From Patellaria atrata CBS 101060 (lineage: Eukaryota), in the NCBI GenBank assembly GCA_010093705.1, contig MU006105.1, positions 486,615-548,312 of the forward strand: DNA of 61,698 bases, in the 5' to 3' direction. How positions within the stretch are numbered: position 1 is the first letter of the stretch; each line of letters starts with the position of its first letter. Made by a program: the position numbers and the translations under genes. Shown in pieces: positions 1 to 13,385 of the stretch. The notes below the pieces were generated by a model. It was given only the letters and a program-made list of their open reading frames with translations. It ran no database searches and had not been told where the DNA came from.

Positions 1-387
1 AGCAAATCGGTTATGGAAGTATTTGAGAAGTTCGTGGACTGATGTGGTAGTTTTAAGGGTAGGTAGGAAGGCCCTATCCACTGTTTTAGTGATATGTACT
101 CTGATAAGACCAAGTTTCTCTTGTTTGCATTCAAATTGTTTGAGGGAATGCTTGTACTGATCAAACGCATCTGAGAATGGTTCTCCTTCAGCGGTAAGTG
201 TTTTATTCTCAGCATGTCTGATAGGTATAATTGGTTCCTGTAGTGGTTCACAAGTCTTCTCTAGGTCAATGAGATCCCAAAGGCTGTAAGACTCGGCCAT
301 GCTTTTGATCACAAAGTTCCGGGGAAGCCAGTCATTCATGCCATGAAGAGTGACTTCTTCTGAGATCATCTTGGAATGAGTAGGCAT
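1..387 (-). mobile_element. Ty1/Copia LTR retrotransposon, 5' end of gag ORF (runs off window edge)
   Basis: The minus-strand frame from ATG at 387 is open to base 1: MPTHSKMISEEVTLHGMNDWLPRNFVIKSMAESYSLWDLIDLEKTCEPLQEP... The LxGxxDWxxxxxxIKxxAxxxxLWxxID pattern is typical of fungal Copia Gag N-termini. A PBS-like site lies upstream. Confidence 0.7.
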
Positions 388-511
388 GATGAAGAGCAGT
401 GGGATTAAGGATAGAAAATAGTAGGTAATATGGTTAAGATAATTGATAGGTAATTAAACAACTAGAGGTAGACTGGTGGCCTCAGTTGGTAATTAATAGG
501 AGCAGATTATG

Positions 512-668
512 CCGGGTTCATAACTATAAGGTGGCAAGGGCATGTAAAGTGAAGAATGTAGATTGAAGTGTCTGAACTAGAAGAGACTGGAGGAGGATAG
601 CATTTATACCCGACTGAGTGCTTAGTCAGGTGCGATAATCATTGTTATACTAATACTAATCAGCAGCA
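512..668 (-). mobile_element. Putative Copia primer-binding site plus short 5' LTR
   Basis: Minus-strand GTTATGAACCCGG (524-512) resembles the GGTTATGAGCCC PBS of fungal Copia elements. It is preceded by a ~145 bp segment starting TG and containing TATAAATG. LTR limits are approximate. Confidence 0.5.
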
Positions 669-743
669 CTCCCTTCAGTCTACTGGCTTTACTCTTTCAG
701 TCTACTCTTTCGCCTCCTCCTCTAACTAATCTCCGTCTGTGGC

Positions 744-1012
744 TGTTGAAGTATGGGTCCCCTTGTTAGACTGAAGATCTTGGTGGAAAGGATAATCAAG
801 TATATCTCCTACTGCCTTACGCTAGTTATTAGCATCATTCCTTTAACATAGCTGCCTAGTAGGTATCAACGCTGTTGCCTGCATGTTCTCAGTTGTCTAG
901 TAGGTATAAACGCTGTAACCTGCATGTTCTCATGTATTTAAACGCTCTTTAGAACAGTCATTAAACAAGGGAGCGATTATCTTGATCATTTTCAGCACCC
1001 TTACGTCTGACA
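744..1012 (-). mobile_element. Solo LTR (family A, copy 1)
   Basis: TG...CA termini, flanked by the 5-bp direct repeat GTGGC (739-743, 1013-1017). Near-identical reverse complement of 1066-1335, with an internal 41-bp tandem duplication. Strand is relative to copy 2. Confidence 0.85.
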
Positions 1013-1035
1013 GTGGCATTCAGCCTCCCACCAAT

Positions 1036-3375
1036 TGACATCGTGGCTGCTCAAGACCTGATATTTGTCAGACGTAAGGGTGCTGAAAATGATCAAGATA
1101 ATCGCTCGATTGTTTAATGACTGTTCTAAAGAGCGTTTAAATACATGAGAACATGCAGGTAACAGCGTTTATACCTACTAGGCAACTGAGAACATGCAGG
1201 CAACAGCGTTGATACCTACTAGGCAGCTATGTTAAAGGAATGATGCTAATAACTAGCGTAGGGCAGTAGGAGATATACTTGGTTATCCTTTCCACCAAGA
1301 TCTTCAGTCTAACAAAGGGGACCCATACTTCAACAATATTAGTAGCCAAAGAACATGGCATTGAATTTGATATTGCAAAAACGGAACTCATTCACTTTCA
1401 TAACAAGAGAACGCCAATCCAGGACTCAATCTGCCTCTTCAACCAGGTGGTCCAACCAAAGTTAATGGTTAGATGGCTCGGGATGTGTCTAGACTCAAAA
1501 CTCACTTTCAAACAACATGTAGAGAAAAAGATCAAGAATGCAGAAAATGCAATGTACATGATTTAAAGACTAAGAAACACACAGAAAGGTCTATCAATGC
1601 AAGCAGTGCGTCAACTGTATAATGCATGCGTCAACTCAATAGCAGACTATGGAGTACCAGTATGGTGGAATCCGAATCACAGGAATAACTAGCAAGTTGA
1701 AAGGTATCAAAAATTGCAGAACAAAGCATTGAGAATGATCTTAGGTGCCTTCAAAACTTCTCCAAGCATAGCCATGGAAATTGAAGCAGGTCTGCCTCCT
1801 CCAGCTGTCAGATTCGAGAAGTGGTGCAATTCTTATACACTCAGGACTCTAAAGTTCCACAAAAATTACCTAGTTAAGAGAGTGCTCTGGGAAGAGGTTG
1901 AAAAAGATGACTTAGCTGCAACCTTAGACTCTGACTCAGAAGCAGACAATACCCCAATCAAGTATATCACAAGACCAAACACTCAGCTCCTATTCTTATT
2001 GAAGAGAATCCAGGAGTTTATCACCAACTGGAACATAGAAAAGATTTCTATACATAATGCGCAACCTTGGAGGCCAAAATTAAAGGCATTATTTATCATC
2101 TCCAGCAAGGATAAGGATAAAGCATCAAAGGAACATGATAAAATAATCAGAGACCTAGAATCAGGCATGAAGAATGGGCCAGTCAGTGTTTACTACACTG
2201 ATGGGTCTAAAGAAAGCAACAGAAATGCTGCAGGAGCATGTCAGATAGGCAATAATCAGCGCATTTTGTTTGCCGGCAACTGGAACTTAGGGGATAGCGT
2301 TGAGATTATGGACGCAGAGCTATTCGCCATCCTCAAGGCACTTGAAAGAGAAAAGACCCAACGTGAGAAGGGACAATCCATTGCCGAAAACCTATGGGTC
2401 TTTGTGGACAGCCAGGCAGCACTTAAGAGAGTACAAAAGAATAGCCTTGATGGAGGACAAGAATTAAGTGTGATGATAACAGACCTATGCAATACTCTTA
2501 CCGATGAATGGGAAATGAAAATTACCTTCAGCCGGGTTCCCGGCCGTAAGAATATCTTTGGAAATGACATAGCAGACAAGCTGGCAAAAAAAGGGACTGG
2601 ACCGTAAGCCCATAGGCGCTTCGTTCACATCACTCAGTCATATTAAACGAAAATACAAGGAAAAGATCTTATCTAATTGGAAACAAAGCTGGGAAGCCAA
2701 TAGTAAGAAACAAGGCAAACATTATACACCAATTTGCAGAGATCTTGTGCGTTTCTCACTCGGTATACCCAAATCCAATGTTCAGAAAAAGATCCAAGCA
2801 GCATACTTTCAACTTAAGACCGGTATTGGATACTTCAAGACTTACTCTAAGGTGATTGGGAAAGATGAAGAAGCGAAGTGCTTCAGAAACTGTCAATCAC
2901 TCCAAATACCAATACACCTTATTCTACATTGTACACACTACTCTAAAGAGCGCAATGAAATGAGGATGCAAATAAGATCAAAGGTAACAATGGCAAAGCT
3001 TTTTTGCACAAAGTTAGGCAAACAGGTGTTATTCAAGTATATAGCAAGAACTCGAATCTCTACTGCCAGATGGTTAATACACGCAGGAGATGTAGATAGA
3101 GTAGAACTGTAGAATCTACAGAAGATAACAAGATGTATGGCATAGAACTAGAATTAGAAATGAGATGGTAAAGAGGAAGAAAGACGGCTTTCCAACAATT
3201 TCCTTTGTATGGAGTTTAAACGTAATGACTTTCCTTTATATATAAATTATCAGTGGATTAAATTACTGAAGACTTCACTAAGCATATAAGGGCCCTGAAA
3301 AGGGATTTATGTATATAGGGAGTTGCGCCATAGCTTGAAGGCTGCATGCGCAGTATTGTAGATAATACAATACAA
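1036..3375 (+). mobile_element. 5'-truncated, inactivated non-LTR retrotransposon (Tad/I-group LINE; RT C-terminus, RNase H, zinc knuckle)
   Basis: RT motifs KTELIHF, VRWLGMCLDSKLTFKQH and QNKALRMILGAFKTSP. RNase H motifs YTDGS, DAEL.AI..AL, DSQAAL and GNDIADKLAK. C-terminal Cys/His motif CFRNC...HLILHC. Premature TAA at 1564-1566, a frameshift near 2600, and a short ATACA repeat tail at ~3364-3375. The 5' limit is approximate. Confidence 0.9.
1066..1335 (+). mobile_element. Solo LTR (family A, copy 2), inserted into LINE reverse transcriptase
   Basis: TGTCAGACG...CTTCAACA with 5-bp TSD ATATT (1061-1065, 1336-1340). Removing it rejoins the LINE frame ...AAQDLI|LVAKEHGIEFD. Confidence 0.85.
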
Positions 3376-5963
3376 TGGAATTAAACAGAAAATAAAAATT
3401 AGAAAAAATCGACATCGTTAGAAGATAAAAGAGCAATCCAGAAATGGGCTTCACCTAACAACCTAAAAGAGCCAGAAATGATCAAAAATTGTTGATGTAT
3501 AAACTTGATCTTGACAGAAACAAAGTGTCCTGAAGATGTAAATACTCCACGAAAAGGTGAGATACTTATACCCGGAACCCTCGCCCGTGGCCTATGCACC
3601 CGTCACTGAACAAGACCGTTATGATGCTCATGATCCACTTAATGAACACATCACGAACATGAACCGACTCCATATACCACGGTATATGAGCCCCATGACT
3701 GTACAGTTTCAGAGATAAGGAAGGGCATATAATCTCTCTTCCCTCTCTATAGATATTTTGATTCCTTAAGAATTTGAGATTCTCCTTCACTTATGACTAA
3801 CTTACGGAAGGAATCGTTATCGCAACACTACAGATGAACAATTGGGCCCTGGTCCGAAAACCCTCGCGACCTTTAATTGGAGGATCCCCAGAGGATCAAC
3901 GGAAATTCGGTTGTTTTGCGGTCTGGAACGTTAACCCGTAGCCAGGAGTTGAGGAGGTTCTCGAGACCCTACCTGTGGTGGACCGTAGGACTAATGATAA
4001 TAAATAGCATCAGCAAACCGCGATACTACATACCATCACCTAGTTTCCGCGATATCGAACACCGTCATTTCTTCCTCTATCCCTCCTCTCCTAAGTCTCA
4101 ATTCTCAAAGCTCTCCGTCAAACCACACCAATATCGAGTCCACTTTCGTCTTCTGGAACAAGAGCCAAAAAATACCCAGATCACTTTATACGAGTAGCAA
4201 ATGCACCTTCTTCCTACAGAGGTGTCTCTTTGTGAAAGAAATATTCAACTCCTTAACGAGAAAATAAGAACCCCCTTCACCCATGACACTCAAACCCAAC
4301 ACAAACGCAACGTCACAAAGGAGACGTATGATCCAACCACCTGCTTAACCTCATGACACTCACACGCTCAATCCACCACTTACATTCGAACCCTATCACA
4401 TCTATCATCTGATTCTCCATACCCCCTGAGTCCCCCTCACGGAGTCGGATAGGGTATATAACCCCCCTTCCCTCTCCTATTTCCAATTCTAGTTCTCTCA
4501 AATTTAAGCTCTCTCGGGTAAGAGTGTTAAATCACAAACATGTTTCGACATCTTCGCCACATGTGCCATTGATCCCTGGTCGGAAGTTGGTAGATATCCC
4601 ATTGGGAGAAGTCGTCCAGCATAGAATGTCCTACTTGATTGGGAGAATGGGTGGGATGTTTGCGTGTTATATCTGTCGATATAGATAGTCGATACCGGGT
4701 ATATGCATTTTGTACTGAGCACTGAGTATTGAGGGGATTAAAAGGGCGAAGGTAGTGGTCATCAGTGGGAAGGAATGATGGAGGGTATCGGTGACAAACC
4801 ACAAAACCATACCACCGCTCTCAACCTCACAATAATACGCAAGAGTAGACTTTTGTGGGGAGGAGCCCCAATAATATCTTTGCTGAGATTGTGGGAAAAC
4901 CAGCAATGGTTCGTATCTAGTACACAACAGAGGTACTCTCATTCACGATTGGGAAAAGATGTGTTGCTGTAAGAACATTATCACAGTGGCGAGATATATA
5001 CCCCCGAACCCGAGACCTAACCTTCTTCTACGGTCAAATGTGCGCATTGTATGAGCACTACATCACATCCTGCTGCCGCCAGACGTTACCCATCGGACCG
5101 CCTGCTCTTAGGACCACAAGCCGCCTAATCCACACGTCCTGATCCTATGACCTCAAATCCACCCCATTAACACACGCGCTCTCCCATACCCCTGACCCAC
5201 TCCCACGAGACCAACCCAACCATATCTCAGACACCAGTATAAAACACCCTGCTCTCCCCTCCATTTCCCCATCCCCCTCCCCATCCAGACCTTTACTCCT
5301 CAGCGAAGTTGGCAATAGAATATATTGGGAGCCTGGGAGTTCGCCAACTCCGAGTGGACCTTATCATTGTCGCCTGCCCCTCTGCTTGGACCGTCCAGAA
5401 TATATGCGAGATAAATTGGGACTTGGGAGGAGGGTCTCTGTCTCTTTCGCTGTCTCTCTGTCTCTATGTCTGTCTCTGTGCGGTGTTCGGTGTCCAACCT
5501 GGAGCTTATCGTGAAGGGAGAATATATATTATGCGACCCATATCGCATGATGAAGCATATAAGTGTTGAAATTTAAGGCGATGATGAGGTGATGATGCAT
5601 ACCGCCTCCCTCCACGACACAGAAGCAGATACCCATCATCACTCTATAACCCACCATTTCCCACCATCCAACCGTCCTTTAACAATCCAACATTTCCCCG
5701 AATAAAAAGTACGACCTCACCCCCCTCCAAAATCCGGGAGAGGAGACCAGCGTGTCGCGCCGACCCACATTATCATAACTCACACCATGTTCCATAACCC
5801 CTATCACGGACGTGAAAGTATGTAAACAGTTCTGTCTCTCCGGATTTTAGAGTCTTTATATCCCTTGAAGCCTTGTACTGTACACATACATGATCATCAT
5901 TCATTACCACTTACATCACCCCCTTCCTCCCTCAAACCCCAACCACAAACCCCCATCCACCCC

Positions 5964-7408
5964 CTACTGATGCGCCACAGCTCCCCTCTTCTCCTGCTCC
6001 CCTGCCTCCCTCTCCATCCTCGCCTGATACCCCACCACGTCCTCCACCGGCAAATCCGCACTCAACGTATTTCCCCTCTCCCTATACTCAAACACAGGGG
6101 ACTTACTCTCCTTCGGGACCGGTGACCTCGTCGGGGTGGTTGGTGGTATAGTTGGGGTTGATGTCGGTGCGGAGGTTGAGCTTGGTGTCATGGTCAAGAA
6201 AGCGGGTAAGCCCGTGGAGTCGATCTCGACGATCTCCTCGTACGAGCCTTTGAAGACGGTCGGCGCGATGGAGATCAACCTGTGCTTGAGGTCGTACACG
6301 ACGTACGTGGAGCGGAGCGTCGTCATGCCTAGGGTGCAGTCTTCTACTTCGTCTGTGGTGCGTATGCCGAGGTAGCATAGATCGATGGGATGTCTGGCGG
6401 GGGGTCGAGGACCAATTCACGCATGCAGATGGGTACGGTGACGGTGCCGAATGTGATGTTGAGGATGATCGGGTTGTTTTTTTGGGAACAGCTGACGAAG
6501 GCGACGCCAAGGTTTGCCCGCCATTCTGCGTTCATCATGTCGAAGATTGTGAAAGCTGTTGCAGCGGGAAGTTTTGTCAAGGTTGCACCGGGATTTAGGT
6601 AAAAGAGCCAATCTGGGCCGACTTCCAGATCAGTATCGCCAATCATCATTTTTGTGACTCTGACAGAAACATCTGCTGGATCATTGTTGACCATTAGAAC
6701 AGTAACTAGGGGGGCGATATACTTTTTTCGATCAACACCTCAGAACAGTAAGGCTCCTGAAGTAGAGTGGACGTCGTTGAGCCAAAGACTATAAGCGGGA
6801 AGGTTAATGAGGCCCTGATCAGTCATCGATGTCAGAATTGTCCCGTATGGGACCGTATCTTGCTCTTTGTTGCGCAGGGAATCCAAGATCAAGAATATTT
6901 GTGTCATTTCCTTCCCAAGCGACTCCAAATTGCTGATGCGGGATTTCTACGCCCGCAATTTGAATTGTATCTGTGACGAAAATCCCTGTAGGGCTGTTTG
7001 CCGTCTACATATTCAATACTGGAATTTTCATTCATGTATACCCCTGTCGACGATGAATCGAAAGCGTAAGTACCGAAGATGCAAGGATCGTCCGAGTCAG
7101 AAGATATTGTGCAACTGGTTGAATTCTCGGCATGAAACCAGGTGTCCGCAGTAGAAGCAGCAAGGATCGCACGTACTTCTTGGGGGGGGAGTCCCAAGAG
7201 ACATATTGACAAGATAGGTGATGCGGTTGTTTTCGATAATCTACTCGTAGGCTTGTCGTTTGTGGATCCTTGAACGTGAGTGTGAGTGCGCAGCCTTAGA
7301 CTGATATAGGTCCAAACTGACGACGGCTGGACTTTTTGCGGCAGTGACTGCATCATAACAGTTCGCGGCAATGATCAGGACTGACAGTAGAGTATGGAAG
7401 ACTGCCAT
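5964..7408 (-). pseudogene. Secreted/yapsin-like A1 aspartic protease pseudogene
   Basis: ATG 7408 gives the signal peptide MAVFHTLLSVLIIAA and a KR site. Fragments in several frames follow: YLVNMSLGTPP/QEV, C...DPCIFGTY...SST, IEYVDG, GLINLPAYSLWLND...GALLF*GVD..KY, FVSCS, LG..TLRSTYVVYDL...ISIA, then an S/T/P-rich tail. In-frame stops (~7244, 6740) and several frameshifts. Confidence 0.8.
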
Positions 7409-9198
7409 GATTAAAGAAATTTTATACAGGTATTATGAATGGGCTGGAAGTGATATTATGCAATGTGTTGTTTCTATCTTCTAACTGGAGAGAACGTAGA
7501 GTAGGAAGATACGGCGGAGGAATTGAGTTAGACTGAGTTGAAGAGTTGGGACAACAGTGGTGTACAATGTTCCACAACAGCTTTCAGCTATCTGCCAAGA
7601 AAGCAGATATGAAAGAATTGGAAGGGTAGCTCAAGTCAAAAAGACGAGACAAATAAAACTTAAGAGAAACTGAACAACTTTTTCGTGCACAGCCTTCAAG
7701 AAAAAAAAAATAAAGCTTGAGCATGAGCCTCCGCTACTCCGGAATTGAAAATCGAAGCGGAACTTTACCAAGACCTGATATATCATGCCAGCCCCCACCG
7801 ATTGTATGACTATTAGTATGCTAAAAGAAAAGCCGAGATGGATGATACAACGGGAATGTGCATCTAGAAAAGACCCAAAAGGTGACGCCAAGGGGCCTCG
7901 TTCTCGGGGGGACTGTTATTGACTGGAGCGGCGTGGAATGCCATGGCTCTAAGGTAAGTAAACTGCGGGGACGAAGCGGCCGGGTTAGGTGAATGGGATA
8001 TACTTGGGGCGGAATATTCATCGTGCTGAATTGTGATCTGTTGCGCAAGGTTGGGAATGGAGATTTTATATACCGCAAGGCTGCCAAGTTGAGGCGTCCG
8101 GATTGCACGGCAATGGAAAGCAAACTTTATTAGAGTTACCAAATACAAAAGAAGTAAACATGAGGGGAAATAAGTAATATCGATTGAAGAAATATGTGAA
8201 GTATGAGTCTTCCCAACGTATAAAATCAGAATAGAGAAAGGTTTTAATACTTATACTACCTGCGTATTCGGACCCCAATATGGGATTATCAATGGTACTA
8301 TCTTGTATCTGGAAGCATATGTTCCCATTCTCCATGCGTAAAGTACGCTCTTCATCAGCACAGTCCAGTAGCTCTGATACCATGATGTGTTGTACGCCAG
8401 AACGTCCCACGTGGAGTTTGGATCGTGCCTATTGTGCGTGATACAGCGTCTGCAGATCCATCCTGGGTAAGTGAGCAGGCCTAATCCTCGCTATGTAGAA
8501 TAGCAACCTATCGAGACCGTACACTGTACAGTACGGAGGACGATGGGGATGTATTAAGAAAGATATTCGTTCGGACAGACGTTTCTGTGCCCGATACTTC
8601 GAACTTCTGCCTTGTCGATAGTTTTTGGTTGTCCAGATGTGCCTCAGGACAAAGGTCTTGGGAGTAGATAACGTGGTAGATATAGAACTATACGCAATTG
8701 CGTAAGTTTGCTCCTTCAGACATATTATTGTATATCATGAATGAGATGAAGTTGAAACGGGAAATATTCCAACTACAACTGGTTCTATGCCAAGGCGCTT
8801 CTGAGTCAAGTCGAGCTAACCCTTAAAAGTAATATTACATTCCCTTCAGAAGAAGTGTTCCTTTTTCAATGATTTCCTAAACTGCCACAAGTTGGGTTTT
8901 ACAAAGGATAATTATCAGGACAGTAGCCATCGTCCTTAGAACAGCACGTTCTTCAACCCCAACAGCACAAAATGCAACATCTGGTAACATGTTCAAGAGC
9001 TTCAACATCCACATTAACATGACATACATTCCTCATCTTATCCTATACAGAAAAAAGCCATCACAGACAGAGCGAGGAAGCTAATAACCAGAAATCCACA
9101 AATGCAGACCCGTAAAGCGATGGTATCACAAACACCTCCGTCCCCCTTTTCACCCCTATCACCCATTCACCATATGTAAGGGAAATGTGTATCCCGTT

Positions 9199-11202
9199 CT
9201 ACTCTCTCTTAACAGCCTGCTCCGCCCCAGTCAACTTCGGCGCAGTAGCAACATCGCTCGAACTCCTCCCCGCACCCAACCCCTCCTCATCCACCCCCTT
9301 CCCATCCGCCGCTTTACCCCACGCAGCGTTATGTTCTCTCTCCTCAGCCACAAACTCAGGAATATCATCCTCGATCTCCTCCGGCAGGATCAAATTCAAG
9401 AAAAGGGCCAAGAAAGCGGTGACTGCGAAACCGGTCTCGAGGACAAGTTCGATGGCGTTGAAGAAGCCGAGGAGAGCACGGTTGGGACCACCGTATGTGA
9501 AGACGTAGGCGAACCAGCTGTAAAATATCAGTCAAATGTCTGAAGGGTTTGTTTGTGGAGGGAACTTACTCAGGAACCAATGTAGCACCGTACCCAATCG
9601 CCAATGCGGCCGTCAGGATAAACCTGTTCCGGCGGGTAAAAGGAATCGTGCTGATAATTCTGATACCCGAAACCGCGACCGCGGCAAAGAGGAAAGTGGT
9701 CATACCGCCTAACACCGCACCCGGGATGGCGACTAAGGCAGCTGCGAACTTCGAGAAGACCCCCATGACGATGAGCCAGAAGCAGCATGCGTATCCAGCT
9801 TTACGGTTGGCGCATCGGGTGAGCGCTATGACACCATTGTTCTGCGCAAAGGTCGACATGGGGGTGATGGTGCAGAGGGCGGCGAGGATACCGTTCAGAC
9901 CATCAGCGAGCACACCACCTTGGATACGGGAGTCGTAAATGGGGCCGTCGACTTCAAGTTTGCTAACATCGCAAGTAGCTGTGATATCACCAATAGCCTC
10001 CATAGCCAACACAATGTAGACGGCTAATAGTGGAAGGATAATCGGACCGTAGACACTGAGTTTGTAGGTGTGGACCCAGATGAAGGAGGCAGCAGGGGCG
10101 CTGTCGATGCCAGAGCGGTCAAAGTAACCACAAGCACCGGCGACAATGCAGCCACTTAGGAGACCCAGCACAACGGAGGTCGACTTCATGATTGGAGACC
10201 CGAAGCGCTCACAGAAGATGATTGTTACGAAAACAAGGAAACCGAGACCGATGAATTCTGCACTACCCCATGGGAGAGGGCGAGGTGCATTGATAGTCGG
10301 ACAAAGCCGAAAGAGACCTTCTTCGGGGCGAGATGAGCAGTTACCGTTGCCGCCGGCCCAGTTTTTGAAGCCAGATTCAATGAGCTTTACACCGATCAGC
10401 ATGACGGTGGGGCCGGTAACGAGAGGTGGGAAGATTTTCTTGAGCAAGACTGGTGGAGTGAAGCTCATAAGAATTTCGAGAAGAGCACAGACGCAGGCGG
10501 TACCGAGAATTGCACCATAACCGTCGGGACAGGGGAGCGGGTTGCCGTCTGAGTCGGAGGGACAGAAGCCGGTTTCGTACATTTGCGCGAGAGCACCAGT
10601 TGCGACGGGGATAGTGGCAAATGAGGTTCCAACAACACTGATCAAGCCGGTTCTGGTCACGAGTTAGTATTCTGTCGCGGTATAAAGGGAATCCACATCT
10701 GTAAACACTTACCCAACGAAATATGGTGTTTTGTAGATGTGAAATCGCGTAATCTGTATAGACGACAGGATACCACAGACAATCAAAGATGTTGACACGA
10801 GATATTGCGCCTGATCAGGCGGTAGATTCGCTCCTCCTTGACCGGATAAGATGATAGGTGGTGTAATAACACCGGCCAACATAGCCAGCGCATGCTGAAA
10901 ACCGAGTAAAAGAGCAAGGAATACGGGCATCTTGTCATTCAGACCAAAGAAAGGTGCGGCGCGTCTGTCCTTCTTCATAAAAGGGACATTTGGTCTGAAT
11001 AGAAAACCGTAATCATATGTTCCAATGAGGCCCTCTCTATGATGATGTTAGTTCTGGCCTTAAACTGAAATGTCACTTTCTAGAGGGCCTCAATGCGCAC
11101 TCACTTCGTAGTAAATGACTTTCCTAATCTCCTCAACCTCTCGCCAAACGTCTTCCTCCTGCTCATATCCGGTCCAATGGTGACATCGCGTCCGTCATCC
11201 AT
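9199..11202 (-). CDS. uapA: Uric acid-xanthine/purine permease (NAT/NCS2 family, UapA/UapC-like), 4 exons
   Basis: Motifs LLGFQHALAMLAGVITPP and the NAT signature FAQNNGVIALTRCAN. Inferred exons: 11202-11105, 11036-10713, 10652-~9570, ~9517-9199, with GT-AG introns. uapA versus uapC cannot be resolved by eye. Confidence 0.92.
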
Positions 11203-13385
11203 CTTTTCAAATAAAAATGTTCACTTTTGGTAGGGTTTGGTGGAACCTCTAAAATCCAATTCAATCCAGTTTTAGTCCCTCAAATAGGAAAACTCTTTGA
11301 TCTCGAGGATTCTGGGGAATCGGAATATCACCGCTCTTTAAACCTTTGAATCCCAAGGTCAAAAGCAAAGAAAACGAAGCTATGGATTCCAGATAAGACG
11401 ATTGGCAATCTGTGATGCTAGATTCGATCCCTTTTCGGTTGGAATTGCACGCTACTGTGTAGAATGTAGCTTGGATGGAAGCTGGTCTCGTGCTATCACC
11501 ACCTCTGACGTTGGTGTATGCTTTCTTTCGATATCCGGGGCGTCGATCTTGCTTGATTAGTCCTCGACAATCGCAAATGCCACTCGATACCGATCCGATA
11601 ACCAGTTCTGGCGTTCCAATAAAGATGAATATGATGAAGCTGAAGATGAAGCTGAAGCTGAAGCTCTTGATCTGCTTTATGACACCCCGAGTCTCGCAGC
11701 TATACTTATAAGAATTGAGATGATGATCCCTCCCATCGGCAACGCCCATGATATCAGATACACAACCTCATCCTGGCCCCAGATGATTCCGATCTAGGCA
11801 CACGACAAGGGCCTGGCCCGACAAAAATTCTACGCCTGTCTGTAACTCCCAATCAGCAAATCAGCAAAGATGAGCCGGAGAACTAGGGACTTGACCTACC
11901 GCGGCCAACACCTTCATCGCTAGGCGCCGTTCACCATCAAGCGGGGCAAGCATCCCTCATCCATCCCTTCATACATCCCTCGGCTTTCGATCCGCTTATG
12001 AAGTCAGCTCTGAAAGGAGTAAGGTTGTGTAAAGTCGTGTGTTATTGGAGAGATAAGGCTCTTGTAGGTCACGATAAGCTTCCTTCAACCAATAAACATC
12101 CAGATATAAATCCCTTTAGCATATCTCCTGAATAGTGTTAGCTTGGAGGCTGGTCAAGAGCCGGATTTTAAGCGGCGCTACTAGGCGGATTCCGATATCA
12201 CTTCCCTTTGCCTTCACACAATTCCTCCATCTCTCATGTTTACTGCAGCGGAGAAATCAACATAATGCGGCATATTGATCTATAAGCAGGTCTTCATGAA
12301 CGACTTTCGAGCTATGAGGCTTTTCGGCTTCCTAGGATGCCACGCGGGAGACGGGCGAGACACTCTCCTGGGTCCGGGGAAGTGCTACAGCTTCTCTGGT
12401 AATCATCCTAAGCTAGAATTTTAGACCGCGCTCCTACCAACAAGAACAGTCCAGGTATTATACCTGAATCATTCATCAAGGATTTGTCTTTGCTGGTAAC
12501 TATTGGTGCTGTACTTTGTATGCCTCTAGTTTTACAAATGTTTCCAAGTACGTATTGTTCTACCGTACCACTACCATGAAAAACCATATTCAATTATTCC
12601 AAGTCTATACTCTGCACCTCTATGGAGTTCGTATGAGATTTCCCTAAGGTATCTTCACACGAATTCCGAACTATATCAGTATTCCCGGTTCCATAAGCTC
12701 GGCATCCGAATATCCCCTCCCAATCCCACGTTATCAATCCCCCACTTTAGCTCTATCAGAGCCTCAACTCCTTATGCATCCACGTAAAACTGGTGACAAT
12801 ACCGGGTCTCGACAACAACAAGGTATGATTCGCATCTCACGGTTCTCACACGTTCCTCCACCTTACGACATGACTCGCTCCAACCTCTCGATACCACTCC
12901 ACATTTCCATCATCCAACGCTTTAAGTAATCAATTCTCATATCAAAACCACTTAATAAACCAAGACGTAGAACGAGAGGAACGGAAGTATTATACCATCT
13001 ACTATATATAACAGACTCACTCATAGTGCAGGTACCGTACAAATCCCATCCAAAGAACCGAATACCTCACAAATATGCTCCTCACACAGTATACCGCCAA
13101 AGACACGGGCGCCCTCACGTGAATGTAACCGGTGTGGGATACGCCTAGTTCGATGTTTAGATCAGTTGCACAACTGAAACATACGCTACCGTAGACGATC
13201 GGTATGATTTTATTTTGAGAACCTTTTTACTGTACTACTATAGTCATGGCGGATTCTCCCGAGCATAGCATGGCATAACCATCAGGTATACTCTCATCGG
13301 TCCAAGAAACTGCCAAAACTCCCTCGAGGCCATATCGCACATGCACACAGAGCAAAGCAGAGTAGAGGAGGGACAGAGCTAACAT

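Noticed and set aside
744..1335. Single MITE/foldback element or pre-miRNA hairpin
   Set aside because: Each arm has separate TG...CA ends and its own TSD, so two solo LTRs explain it.
3376..5600. Short ORFs after the LINE
   Set aside because: No recognisable motifs and frequent stops; possibly relic DNA but unsupported.
7630..8410. TATA plus short minus-strand ORFs
   Set aside because: No coherent gene model or family motif could be built.
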